Source: Bacillota bacterium (GTDB lineage: Bacteria > Bacillota > Dethiobacteria > DTU022 > UBA8154). From it: 61,297 nt of DNA. Shown piece after piece: positions 33,060-42,716 of this stretch (positions within the stretch are counted from its first letter, which is position 1; each line of letters starts with the position of its first letter). The stretch lies in assembly GCA_030656575.1 (NCBI GenBank), contig JAUSPO010000030.1:1-61297 (forward strand), written 5' to 3'. The notes beneath the pieces are model-generated. The model was not told where the DNA came from. It was given only the letters and a program-made list of their open reading frames with translations, and made no database searches. The position numbers and the translations under genes are program-made.

Positions 33060-34298
33060 TTATTCTGACTCCTGTGTAGTTACATTAAACCTGGTCAGGA
33101 CATAGTGATAAATTTGTTTGAGAGGGATTCCTTTTTCCCTTGCAATACTAAGGCAATCCTCGTATTCAGGTGCCATATTGTAATAATCAGGGTATGGTCC
33201 TGCTACTTTTACCCTTACCGTTCCCCAGGGTGTTTCTACGGGTACGTGTTTCCGGGGCAGCATTATTTTTTCCACACTCTGACGCCTGTATCCAAGGGTC
33301 GTAGTTTCGCGCAGGAGAATCTGTCCTAATTGATGAGAAATGCGGGGGTTTGCCAGAATGGTTATTTTAACGGCAGGCCTGTTTTTTTTCATCTGTATAG
33401 GGGTAAAATATACATCCAGGGCACCGCATGAAAAAAGGCATTCCATAACATGATCATAAATCTCCGGATTCAGATCATCAATGTTTGCTTCTATTATTTC
33501 CACAGGTTCGGACAGCAGGCTTTCATCCGAGGGGATGTTGGAATTATGGGGTTCCAGTTTGGATGATGAGGTCCTGCCCTGAAAAGATCGGATTATATTT
33601 GGGTAGTCAAAGTCCCTGGAACCCGCTCCATAGCCTATCTTTTCCACGATCATGGGAGGTAGAGCCGAAAAGCCTGAACAGAGGGCCCCCAGTATGGCCG
33701 CTCCAGTGGGGGTGACGGTTTCTTCCTGCAGGGGCAGTCCGTAACAGGGGATACTGTGGTCCTTAATAATTTCCATAGTCGCAGGAGCCGGAAGAGGAAT
33801 CCTGCCGTGGCTTGTTTTGGCCCAGCCGCTTCCCAGGGGAAGTGGTGACGCATAAATTGTATGGATACCCAACATCTCAAGAGCAGCAGCGCTTCCAACA
33901 ATATCAAGAATAGAATCTACTGCTCCTATTTCGTGGAAATGGACATGATCTTCACTAATGCCGTGAACTTTGGCTTCTGCCCTTGCCAGGGTTTGGAAAA
34001 CAGCAAGGCTTTTTTCCTGTACACCGGGTGAAAGTTTTGATGAGCGGATCATGTTGGTAATTTCAGGAAGATGCCTGGGAGGTTGTTTTTCTGTAACAGT
34101 AATAATTAACTGAAGAGCTCTAAAGCCATTCTTTTTTGTGATAACTGTTTCAATTGCATATCCCTCCAAAGGAAGAAGCGTTAATGCGGCTTTAAGCTGA
34201 TCAAGGTCCAGATCAAGGTCCAGCAGGGAAGATAGGATCATATCCCCGGCGGCGCCTGCAGAGCAGTCAAAATAAAGGACTTCCATAGCTGATTTCAC
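33060..34298 (-). CDS. larC: Nickel pincer cofactor biosynthesis protein LarC
   Basis: DCSAGAAGDM, HFHEIGAVDSILD, TPTGAAIL, MKKNRP, PEYEDC. Confidence 0.95.
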   Translation of the reverse strand: MKSAMEVLYFDCSAGAAGDMILSSLLDLDLDLDQLKAALTLLPLEGYAIETVITKKNGFRALQLIITVTEKQPPRHLPEITNMIRSSKLSPGVQEKSLAVFQTLARAEAKVHGISEDHVHFHEIGAVDSILDIVGSAAALEMLGIHTIYASPLPLGSGWAKTSHGRIPLPAPATMEIIKDHSIPCYGLPLQEETVTPTGAAILGALCSGFSALPPMIVEKIGYGAGSRDFDYPNIIRSFQGRTSSSKLEPHNSNIPSDESLLSEPVEIIEANIDDLNPEIYDHVMECLFSCGALDVYFTPIQMKKNRPAVKITILANPRISHQLGQILLRETTTLGYRRQSVEKIMLPRKHVPVETPWGTVRVKVAGPYPDYYNMAPEYEDCLSIAREKGIPLKQIYHYVLTRFNVTTQESE

Positions 34299-34386
34299 CT
34301 TCCTTTAGTACAAATTAATTATATCAAAAAAAGTAAGGCTATGGTAATATTTTAGAAAGGTTTATCTTCATGGAGGTGTAGATATT

Positions 34387-35457
34387 TTGCCGTGGGAGAC
34401 CGTTAATGGAACAATGATTCTTAAAGCATTAAACCCCCATCAGCAGGAAGAAGCGCTGCAGCTGGCAGCAGGCATCCTCAAAAAAGGGAAGATTGTAGCT
34501 TTCCCCACAGAGACTGTGTATGGTCTGGGTGCTGATGCATTGAATCCTGAAGCGGTGTCACAAATTTATGATATTAAAATGAGGCCTGCAGATAATCCCC
34601 TTATCGTTCACGTTACAGGATTGGACCAGCTCGCGGAACTTGTCTTGGAAATCCCTTCTGAGGCATCAATCCTTGCCGGGTATTTCTGGCCTGGTCCCCT
34701 GACTATTGTATTACCCAAAAAGGAATTAGTCCCGGATATAACCACTGCCGGCCTTTCTTCTGTAGCTGTGCGTGTTCCTTCACACCCCCTGGCTTTGAAG
34801 CTTATTGGCGCCGCAGGTTTGCCTGTGGCTGCGCCCAGTGCTAATCTTTCCGGTCGGCCCAGTCCCACTACGGCAGAGCATGTCTTAGAGGATTTGGCCG
34901 GTCGCATTGAAGCTGTGCTGGATGGAGGACCATCTTCCGTTGGCGTGGAATCTACAGTGATCAGCCTTGTTTCAAAGCTGCCTGCACTGCTCAGACCGGG
35001 AGGGGTTACCCTGGAAATGTTAGAGAACGTATTAGGTAAAAAAATACTTGATCTTACCAACAGTGGTAAGGAAATTCGTGGAATTCCTCCGGCACCGGGA
35101 ATGAAATACAGACATTATGCTCCCAAAGCGCCACTTTATCTTGTTGAAGGGGATGAAGCCTTTCAAAGGCAGCAGTTAGTTTCTTTAAGTGAAGGACTGA
35201 TCATGCAGGGAAGAAAAGTGGGTATGCTGGTTTGCGAAGAATCAAAAGAACTCTTTTCGGCCCAGGTTGTGAAAGTGATGGGTTCAAGGAGAGAGCCTCA
35301 GGTAGCTGCAGAACGTCTTTTTAGCGCTCTGCGTGAGATGGATAAATTAGAAGTGGATGCCATAGTTGCAGAAGGTTTTGATGAGAAGGGGATGGGAAGA
35401 GCCGTCATAAATCGCCTGCGGAAGGCCGCAGTTCAGGTCATTAAGCAGGAACCATAA
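34387..35457 (+). CDS. sua5: L-threonylcarbamoyladenylate synthase (Sua5/YwlC)
   Basis: PTETVYGL, KMRPADNPLIVH, APSANLSG, PGMKYRHYAP. Confidence 0.95.
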   Translation: MPWETVNGTMILKALNPHQQEEALQLAAGILKKGKIVAFPTETVYGLGADALNPEAVSQIYDIKMRPADNPLIVHVTGLDQLAELVLEIPSEASILAGYFWPGPLTIVLPKKELVPDITTAGLSSVAVRVPSHPLALKLIGAAGLPVAAPSANLSGRPSPTTAEHVLEDLAGRIEAVLDGGPSSVGVESTVISLVSKLPALLRPGGVTLEMLENVLGKKILDLTNSGKEIRGIPPAPGMKYRHYAPKAPLYLVEGDEAFQRQQLVSLSEGLIMQGRKVGMLVCEESKELFSAQVVKVMGSRREPQVAAERLFSALREMDKLEVDAIVAEGFDEKGMGRAVINRLRKAAVQVIKQEP

Positions 35458-35497
35458 GTAATGGAAATATCTCCACGAGGAAGGCAGGTGGACAAAG

Positions 35498-35983
35498 CTG
35501 CAAAGCAATTATATTCTCTTTGTCTGTACGGGTAATACTTGCCGCAGTGTTATTGCGCAGGGATTATTTGAAAAGATGTGGAAGCAAATAAAAGGTAATA
35601 TGTATAATCTTGAGGTTTCTTCTGCCGGGGTGGGAGCGATGGATGGAATGAATGCCAGCCCTGAAGCATTGGAAATTCTAAGGGGAGAAGGAATAGATTT
35701 TAGCAGGCATCGATCAAGGGCCCTTACCCCTGAAATGGTGAAGAGAGCGTGGAACATTTTTACGATGACCCGTGCTCAGAAAAATTACATTCTTGCTAAC
35801 TTTCCCGGGGCGGAAGGTAAAGTATGGATTATGAAGGAATACGCCTTTGGATTGGATAGAGGGGATATATCAGATCCTTATGGAATGGGGATAGAAACCT
35901 ACCGTCTGGCCGCAGGTGAAATTGAAAATGCCTTGAAGAAAATTATTGTCAATTTAGATCGCTTAGAAGAAAAACCAGGATAA
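35498..35983 (+). CDS. ywlE: Low-molecular-weight protein arginine phosphatase (YwlE-like), probable CTG start
   Basis: In-frame ILFVCTGNTCRS lies upstream of the listed ATG35576; DISDPYG; syntenic between sua5 and rpiB. Confidence 0.85.
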   Translation: MQSNYILFVCTGNTCRSVIAQGLFEKMWKQIKGNMYNLEVSSAGVGAMDGMNASPEALEILRGEGIDFSRHRSRALTPEMVKRAWNIFTMTRAQKNYILANFPGAEGKVWIMKEYAFGLDRGDISDPYGMGIETYRLAAGEIENALKKIIVNLDRLEEKPG

Positions 35984-36081
35984 AAAAGAACCAGTGCAGG
36001 AAAAAATTAATTAGAAGCGAACTATTTAATATTAACCTGTCCCATAACATTTCCAATCCTATAAAAGGAGATTAGGAAAAA

Positions 36082-36531
36082 TTGAAGATTGCACTTGCTT
36101 CTGACCACGCCGGTTTTCGTTTAAAAGAACAGATCAAGGAATATTTGATTGCAAAAGATAAAAAGTGTCATGATTTTGGAACTTATGATGAAGATCCTGT
36201 AGATTATCCCGATCTGGCTTATGTAGCTGCTGATGCAGTACATAGAGGGGATTTTGACAGGGGGATCCTTGTTTGCGGGACAGGTATAGGTGTTGCCATC
36301 ACAGCAAACAAAGTTCGGGGAATTAGGGCTGCTCCGTGCAGTGACATTTTTTCGGCTCGCTGCGCCAGAGCACATAATGATGCTAATATCCTTACTCTGG
36401 GAGCACGAGTCATTGAAAAAGAAACGGCTTTGGAGATTGTTGAAACCTTTCTTCAGACTTCCTTTGAAGGTGGGAGGCATCTTAGACGGTTGGAAAAAAT
36501 TCAAAACCTGGAAGATAAATGCCTTTCGTAA
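36082..36531 (+). CDS. rpiB: Ribose-5-phosphate isomerase B
   Basis: SDHAG, DYPD, CGTGIG, HNDAN, GGRH. Confidence 0.96.
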   Translation: MKIALASDHAGFRLKEQIKEYLIAKDKKCHDFGTYDEDPVDYPDLAYVAADAVHRGDFDRGILVCGTGIGVAITANKVRGIRAAPCSDIFSARCARAHNDANILTLGARVIEKETALEIVETFLQTSFEGGRHLRRLEKIQNLEDKCLS

Positions 36532-36597
36532 ACAATATATAGGGTGATAACCCCATGGTAGAGGAGAATTTAGCACGAAAGGGGGCTGAGCCTGGTT

Positions 36598-37881
36598 ATG
36601 TATAATGAATCAGGCCGTAAAATGCGAGTTGAGGATACTGACGGCAAAAAAAAATTGCAGGTAATTGACCCTCAGGTGGCAGGAGCCATTGAAGATGAAA
36701 AACGTCGCCAACAGGAAAAAATAATATTAATTGCATCGGAAAATTATGCAAGTCAGGCGGTATTGGAAGCGCAGGGCTCTGTTCTTACCAATAAATATGC
36801 TGAAGGTTATCCCGGGAAAAGGTATTACGGAGGTTGTGAATATGTTGACATCGTCGAGGATCTTGCCCGGGAAAGAGCTGTTCAACTTTTCGGAGCCGAC
36901 CATGCAAATGTCCAGCCGCATGCCGGCGCAGCAGCAAACATGGCTGTTTTCTTTGCTGTATTAAAGCCCGGTGACCCTATCCTGGGCATGGATCTGGCCC
37001 ATGGGGGCCATTTGACCCACGGAAGTCCCGTTAATATGTCCGGTAGATATTTTAACTGCGAAAGTTACGGTCTGGACCCCCAAACAGGATACATTGATAT
37101 GGAAGAGGTAAGGATGCTGGCGAAAAAACATTCCCCCCGTCTTATTATTGCCGGGGCCAGTGCCTACCCGCGCAAAATTGACTTTTCTGCTTTTGAAGCT
37201 ATTGCCCGTGAGGTGGGGGCGTACCTGATGGTTGATATGGCTCATATTGCCGGGCTGATTGCAGCAGGTCTGCATCCGAATCCTGTCCCTCACGCAGAGT
37301 TTGTGACCAGTACTACTCATAAAACCCTTAGGGGTGCCAGGGGGGGGCTTATACTTTGCCGCAGTGAATTTGCCCGTGCTGTGGATAAAGCCGTTTTCCC
37401 CGGAGTTCAGGGTGGGCCCCTGATGCATTCTATTGCGGCAAAAGCAGTTGCCTTTAAAGAGGCTCAGGGAGAGGAGTTTGTAATGTACCAGGAGCAGGTT
37501 TTAAAAAATGCTGCGGTACTGGCAGAAAGTCTGCTATCACTGGGTTTTGAACTTGTTTCCGGCGGCACTGACAATCATCTTCTTCTCGTTGATTTGAGAA
37601 ATAAAAAGATAAAAGGCCGGGATGCAGAGATCCTCCTTGATGAGGTGGGGATTACTGTGAATAAAAACGCTGTACCCCATGATCCCGAGCCTGCCATGAC
37701 GACAAGTGGAATTAGAATCGGAACTCCTGCGGTAACATCACGGGGGATGAAGGAGTCGGAAATAAAAATTATTGCGGAACTTATCAACCGTGTTTTTGAA
37801 GCGGGGAAAGATCCTTTAGTGAAAGTCCAAATAAAGCGCAGGGTTAAAGACATATGCTCTGCCTTTCCGCTCTATGTCTAA
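36598..37881 (+). CDS. glyA: Serine hydroxymethyltransferase
   Basis: [33 protein letters not shown]. Confidence 0.98.
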   Translation: MYNESGRKMRVEDTDGKKKLQVIDPQVAGAIEDEKRRQQEKIILIASENYASQAVLEAQGSVLTNKYAEGYPGKRYYGGCEYVDIVEDLARERAVQLFGADHANVQPHAGAAANMAVFFAVLKPGDPILGMDLAHGGHLTHGSPVNMSGRYFNCESYGLDPQTGYIDMEEVRMLAKKHSPRLIIAGASAYPRKIDFSAFEAIAREVGAYLMVDMAHIAGLIAAGLHPNPVPHAEFVTSTTHKTLRGARGGLILCRSEFARAVDKAVFPGVQGGPLMHSIAAKAVAFKEAQGEEFVMYQEQVLKNAAVLAESLLSLGFELVSGGTDNHLLLVDLRNKKIKGRDAEILLDEVGITVNKNAVPHDPEPAMTTSGIRIGTPAVTSRGMKESEIKIIAELINRVFEAGKDPLVKVQIKRRVKDICSAFPLYV

Positions 37882-37929
37882 TTGGAAGTTAGAGGTTAGA
37901 GGTTGGAGATTGGGAAAGGGGTGTTTGTT

Positions 37930-38385
37930 TTGAGACCATCCTGGGATAGTTATTTTTTGGAAATAGCTTCTGTCATTGCAGAGCGTTCAACCTGTCTTCG
38001 CCGTAAGGTGGGGGCAGTTCTTGTTAAAGATAAGCGCCTGCTCACAACGGGTTATAACGGTGCTCCAGCAGGCCTTTCTCACTGCCTGGAAGCAGGTTGT
38101 ATCCGGCAGCAAAAAAATATCCCCTCCGGAGAACGACATGAGCTTTGCCGGGGTCTTCATGCTGAGCAAAATGCTATAATACAGGGTGCCCTGCACGGGG
38201 TTTCAATTAAAGGCGCTGACCTTTACTGTACTCACCACCCGTGTTCTTTATGTGCCAAAATGCTTGTAAATGCAGGGACAAAAAGGGTAATTCTAAGGGA
38301 AAGCTATCCCGATGCACTCGCTCGGGATATCTTTGAGGAAGCCGTCATCAAAGTGGTTGTTTCTCAAGCCAAAGGAGATTTTTAA
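37930..38385 (+). CDS. dCMP deaminase family protein (ComEB-like)
   Basis: RPSWD, TGYNG, HAEQNA, PCSLC. Confidence 0.92.
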   Translation: MRPSWDSYFLEIASVIAERSTCLRRKVGAVLVKDKRLLTTGYNGAPAGLSHCLEAGCIRQQKNIPSGERHELCRGLHAEQNAIIQGALHGVSIKGADLYCTHHPCSLCAKMLVNAGTKRVILRESYPDALARDIFEEAVIKVVVSQAKGDF

Positions 38386-38386
38386 A

Positions 38387-39403
38387 GTGACAAAACCTCT
38401 TCCTGCCTGGAAAAAAGGACTGGGCATTTCCCTGGCGTTGAGTATTGTTACGGCACTCTTTGTGTTTATCTACAATTTTGATGAGGACACCCTGGAAAGT
38501 CTGCTCTTAGTCAGGATTGAATATCTCCTTGCTGCTCTATTGATGGTTTTTCTCCTCTGGATAATTGAGGGGTTGCGCATCAAATTATTGGTCTCTACTT
38601 TGAGCTGTAAGGAAAGCATATCAATATTTGCTGCAATGCAGGTTTTTCTAGTGACCTTTTTTTTCGCATCTGTTACACCCCTTGCGGCAGGTGAATGGCC
38701 TGCCCATATTTATGCTTTGAACAGACTTGGGCTTTCCCTTGGAGAATCATCTGCAGTTACATTGACCAGATCTTTTCTCACCAAGCTTGTTTTTACAATT
38801 ACGGCAATTTCAATGCTGATTTTTTTTCGGGGGAGACTGGTGCCCAATTTTCTTAACCAGATATTTTTATATGCTGTTTTTGTATCTGTGATAACCGTAT
38901 TTTTCTTACTATTTGTTTTATGGAAACCCACCGTTTTGGACTGGTTCCTATGTAAAGCAGTAACTTTTTCCTGGGGGAAGTATTTTTTTAAAAACACCCC
39001 CCGGGGTAAAAAAATATATGAGTTTTTAGGATACGAACTCCAGGAGTTTTTAAAGACGACCCGTTCCCTTAACCGTTTCAAAGCAGGTAATTTGATCGCC
39101 ATTATTATCTTAACGATTGCTTTCTGGATATGTTTTTTTAGTATTGGTCCTGTCATATTGATCGGTCTAAACAAGCCTGTACCTTATCTGCAGGCTTTGA
39201 TCTGGCTTACCGTCATACAGATGATTATTGTTTATATTCCTATTCCGGGTGGGAGCGGTGTTGCTGAGTTAAGCCTTGCCAGCATCTTCGTGTTTTTCGT
39301 TCCATCTTCGGTTGTGGGAATTTTTGTTGTTGCATGGCGTTTTTTTACGTATTATCTGCTGCTCTTTTTTGGAGGAATATTTGCTCTGGGCAGTTTAAAG
39401 TAG
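38387..39403 (+). CDS. Lysylphosphatidylglycerol synthase TM-domain (flippase-like) protein
   Basis: TPLAAGEWP, PIPGGSGVAE, WRFFTYY; RBS before GTG38387. Confidence 0.85.
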   Translation: MTKPLPAWKKGLGISLALSIVTALFVFIYNFDEDTLESLLLVRIEYLLAALLMVFLLWIIEGLRIKLLVSTLSCKESISIFAAMQVFLVTFFFASVTPLAAGEWPAHIYALNRLGLSLGESSAVTLTRSFLTKLVFTITAISMLIFFRGRLVPNFLNQIFLYAVFVSVITVFFLLFVLWKPTVLDWFLCKAVTFSWGKYFFKNTPRGKKIYEFLGYELQEFLKTTRSLNRFKAGNLIAIIILTIAFWICFFSIGPVILIGLNKPVPYLQALIWLTVIQMIIVYIPIPGGSGVAELSLASIFVFFVPSSVVGIFVVAWRFFTYYLLLFFGGIFALGSLK

Positions 39404-39405
39404 TT

Positions 39406-39495
39406 GAAGGAGAACATGTTATTGATGCAATTAGAGGAAGAGGAACAAAGGTAATGCTCAGAATTCCTTTACCCCCGGAGAATTGCAAGCTATAA
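39406..39495 (+). pseudogene. C-terminal relic of a sensor histidine kinase
   Basis: EGEHVIDAIRGRGTKVMLRIPLPPENCKL* resembles the terminal HATPase_c GxGT strand. Confidence 0.45.
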
Positions 39496-39664
39496 CCACC
39501 TATGCAGCCTTTCATCTAGTATTAATGAGGTTACGTAAAGGTTTCTTCATGCTGTGACCACTATATACCAAGTAGTGGTTTTTTTGATGATAGTATGCAT
39601 TTCTAATGGTTTTACTATCTATCAGGTGATTATGCGCTACTTCAGAGGTAATATCTTGTTAATA

Positions 39665-39760
39665 TAGGGAACAACCCTAATTTATGTAATAAATTATAGG
39701 GAAAACATGAAAAAATAATATAACAAAAAAAGGGTTTTATAGAATAACGAAGAATATATC
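39665..39760 (+). promoter_or_regulatory. Regulatory block copy 1: TAGGG-N5-CCCTA palindrome, half-site and SigH-like promoter
   Basis: Duplicated at 41236-41330; AGGGTTTT...GAATA with 21 nt start-to-start spacing. Confidence 0.65.
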
Positions 39761-39839
39761 AGTATAAAGATCTTTACAATGCAAGGTGGTGAGAGATATT
39801 AAAATAAATATAATAATAAGTGGCTTTATTTGCGTATGT

Positions 39840-39857
39840 TTGTGAAATAATTCACTA
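39840..39857. promoter_or_regulatory. Putative Rex operator
   Basis: TTGTGAAATAATTCACTA versus consensus TTGTGAA-N4-TTCACAA. Confidence 0.65.
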
Positions 39858-39894
39858 TTTAAGAAAAATAATTAAATTATGAGAAGAGAGAGAG

Positions 39895-41151
39895 TTGTCA
39901 ATTGTGAAAACAGAAAGCACAATAAATAGAGTAGTTCAAGCCAGAGTAGTAGACAAGGGGTGGCAAGTGACATTTGCTGGGATGGGTATCAACCTTGCTC
40001 TCGGTATTCTTTACTCCTGGAGCGTCATGGCACAGTTCCTGAGGGAATCAATGAATTGGACGGCAATAAGCTCACAACTTCCCTACATGATCGCTTGTGG
40101 TGTTTTTGCCATATTAATGATTCCTGGTGGTCGCATGCAGGATAAACTGGGTCCCCGGGTAGTTTTGATGGCCTCGGCGATTTTTGCAGGTTTAGGATTG
40201 ATAGGTTCCTCTTTCTTTTTAAGCGTTGCTGGACTTGCAATATTTTTCGGCATATTTTTTGGGACGGCTATGGGGTTGGGTTACTCCTCAACCACTCCGG
40301 CTGCTATAAAATGGTTTGGACCGGAAAAGCGTGGACTGGTAACCGGACTTGTCGTGAGCGGTTTTGGTATGGCTTCTGTTTATGCTGCTCCCCTTTCAAG
40401 GTCTCTATTAACATCACTTGGAATGTCAACAACGTTTTTAATTCTCGGTATATCATTTTTAATAATTATGCTGTTGCTTGTTCAGTTCATCAGCAATCCG
40501 CCTGCAAATTATGTTCCGGCTGGAACGACTTCCACCCTTAAGAAAAAAATGGAACAGGAGAGTTCACAGAAAGATTATGAATGGCACGAAATGTTAAAAA
40601 CGCCCCAATTTTACTTTATCTGGTTTATGTTCTGCTTTGGATCCCTGGCTGGATTAATGGTTATCGGCCAGCTTTCCAGCATTGCTCTTGAGCAGGCAAA
40701 TTTATCTTTGGGCTTTGTCCTGGTAGCTATTCTTGCTATTTTTAATGCAGGTGGAAGAATAATTGGTGGTATTATGTTTGATAAAATAGGCAGAACCAAA
40801 ACCCTGTTTATTATTTTTTCCATTCAGGCCATTAACTTTTTATTATTTGGTACTTACAATACCCTTATGCTGCTGCTGATTGGAACTGTTATTGCCGGTT
40901 TCTGTTATGGGGCATGCCTGTCAGTGTTTCCGTCAATAACAGCTGGCTTTTTCGGGGTTAAAAACCTGGGAGTTAATTATGGGCTGGTGTTTGTTGCCTG
41001 GGGAGCAGGAGGGGTGTTTGGCGGACTTACCGGTGGTCTAGTACGTGACTTGACCGGCACTTATCTTACCGCATATATGATTGCTGCTTTGCTCTGTATC
41101 GTCGGCACAGTCATGGCTTTCTTTATAAAAGCTCCTCAAAAACAAATTTAA
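39895..41151 (+). CDS. OFA family MFS transporter (oxalate/formate or lactate antiporter-like)
   Basis: NLALGILYSWS, GRMQDKLGPR, KWFGPEKRGLVTG, NAGGR, FGVKNLGVNYG; 12 TM helices. Confidence 0.9.
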   Translation: MSIVKTESTINRVVQARVVDKGWQVTFAGMGINLALGILYSWSVMAQFLRESMNWTAISSQLPYMIACGVFAILMIPGGRMQDKLGPRVVLMASAIFAGLGLIGSSFFLSVAGLAIFFGIFFGTAMGLGYSSTTPAAIKWFGPEKRGLVTGLVVSGFGMASVYAAPLSRSLLTSLGMSTTFLILGISFLIIMLLLVQFISNPPANYVPAGTTSTLKKKMEQESSQKDYEWHEMLKTPQFYFIWFMFCFGSLAGLMVIGQLSSIALEQANLSLGFVLVAILAIFNAGGRIIGGIMFDKIGRTKTLFIIFSIQAINFLLFGTYNTLMLLLIGTVIAGFCYGACLSVFPSITAGFFGVKNLGVNYGLVFVAWGAGGVFGGLTGGLVRDLTGTYLTAYMIAALLCIVGTVMAFFIKAPQKQI

Positions 41152-41235
41152 AAAAAATCTACAAAAAGGATGCGCTGAAAGAATGTATCAAGGATTCCGC
41201 CAATTTTAAAGTAGTGAAAGTATTTGTTCTTAGAA

Positions 41236-41330
41236 TAGGGAACAACCCTAATATATGAGAAAGATTTAGGGAAAAAACATGAGGAAATTAAAATGAAAAA
41301 AAGGGTTTTAAGGAAAAGCGTTGAATATAT
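41236..41330 (+). promoter_or_regulatory. Regulatory block copy 2
   Basis: TAGGGAACAACCCTA, TAGGGAAAAAACATGA and AGGGTTTT...GAATAT as in copy 1. Confidence 0.65.
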
Positions 41331-41569
41331 TATAGGGAGGGAAGTGTCTAAAAGGAATTTCTTGAATTACACGCGGAAGATTGAGGAAGGGTGTGCACGA
41401 TGATCTTATCGGCACATAAGCTGACGAGGCAGGAGATATCTCTTTGATCATATCATCTGTATAAATATTTTTGGAATTGCAGGGATTAGCAAAGGGTTGT
41501 CGAATTCTTAAGTGTTTAACCACAAAAGCCTTTTTCATTTATGAATCGAGTGATATGTTTTGGGTAAAT

Positions 41570-41739
41570 CCAGATGGGAATACCTGCAGGGGCTGGCTTT
41601 GTGACCCAGCTGGCGCGGCTACTTGCACTGTCTGGCATAAGCTTTTTTTCTTGTCTCTGAGCCGCGGGTGTTTTGGTAAACAAGCAAAATCATCGTCTGG
41701 TTTGGTGTACAAGACATGGCCGTAAGAAGAAGGTAAGCA
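41570..41739 (-). pseudogene. Degraded transposase fragment
   Basis: With frameshifts it reads CLPSSYGHVLYTKPDDDF-LFTKT-RGSETRKKAYAR, resembling from memory the C-terminal part of Firmicute DDE transposases. Confidence 0.45.
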
Positions 41740-42094
41740 TTCTTTTTTTTGGATACTGGCTTGGCTCTTAGTGCAGTGGAGAGCGTAATTTAATGCGCTG
41801 ACGTTTCTCGTCCTTTCTGTTATACTGCATTTCCCAAATCTTTAAATATCTCTTATTATTTCCATTTTAAGCTGTCGAGAGATTCTGTAGGGAAAAAAGT
41901 CTCCAAGAAAGTACTAAGAAAATGAAAGGGGGCGTCATGGGTAAGGAAAAGAGCAGATACTCAGTGAACAGGCTAGTAGTTTGTATTTACGGTGTCGTAG
42001 AGAGGATGCACATAGCCATATGTGAAATTTTGATTTCATGTGTTTGGATATTTATACCCCGTTTTTGGTTAAACCATTTAAAGGTTGGTGAAAT

Positions 42095-42697
42095 ATGTCT
42101 ATTCAAGTAAAAGAACTCATTGATAAGATTAGAAATGAGGGTGTCCTGGCTGCAGAGAATGAGGCGGAGAAGATCGTTGCTGAGGCCGAGGGAAAAGCAG
42201 CTCAGATTATCAAAGACGCTAAGATCAAGGCTGAATCGTACAAAGCTCAAGCCGAGAAAGAAATTGAAAAACAGGAAGCTGCCGGTCGGGAAGCGTTAAA
42301 GCAGGCTGCCCGGGATGTTTTGATTGGCTTGGAAAAGCAAATTATGAAACGATTCGAGGCAGTAATAAGTGAATCTGTGGATACCGCGCTAACAACGTCT
42401 CTAACAGAGAAGCTTATTACTGACTTGGTTCATGCGTGGGCTGAAAAAGGCGAAGAAGGCATCAAGGTTATCCTCTCCTCAAAAGATGCCAAAGAATTAA
42501 AGGACAGTTTAAAAGTGAAGTTGTCTCAGCACTTTAAAGAGGGGGTGGAAATCATTCCCTCTCCAAAGTTTGCCAAAGGTTTCCGTATCGGTGGCAGCAG
42601 CGGGGCTCTGTACGATTTTTCCAAAGAAGGTATAGCGGAGGTTTTAGCAGAGGCTCTTTCCCCCGACCTTGCGGCAGCTTTAAAAGAGGCAATCTGA
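42095..42697 (+). CDS. A/V-type ATP synthase subunit E
   Basis: LIDKIRNEGV, coiled coil, GFRIG, YDFS; first gene of the operon. Confidence 0.88.
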   Translation: MSIQVKELIDKIRNEGVLAAENEAEKIVAEAEGKAAQIIKDAKIKAESYKAQAEKEIEKQEAAGREALKQAARDVLIGLEKQIMKRFEAVISESVDTALTTSLTEKLITDLVHAWAEKGEEGIKVILSSKDAKELKDSLKVKLSQHFKEGVEIIPSPKFAKGFRIGGSSGALYDFSKEGIAEVLAEALSPDLAAALKEAI

Positions 42698-42716
42698 GTA
42701 TTGGGAGGAAAACGTC

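Noticed and set aside
33060-34298. Programmed frameshift in larC as in Lactiplantibacillus plantarum
   Set aside because: The gene is one continuous 412-aa ORF.
41308-42250. ORFs 41308-41538, 41471-41725, 41922-42110 and 41987-42250 as missing ATPase subunits (F/G/H)
   Set aside because: No coiled-coil or subunit F features; better explained by relic DNA.
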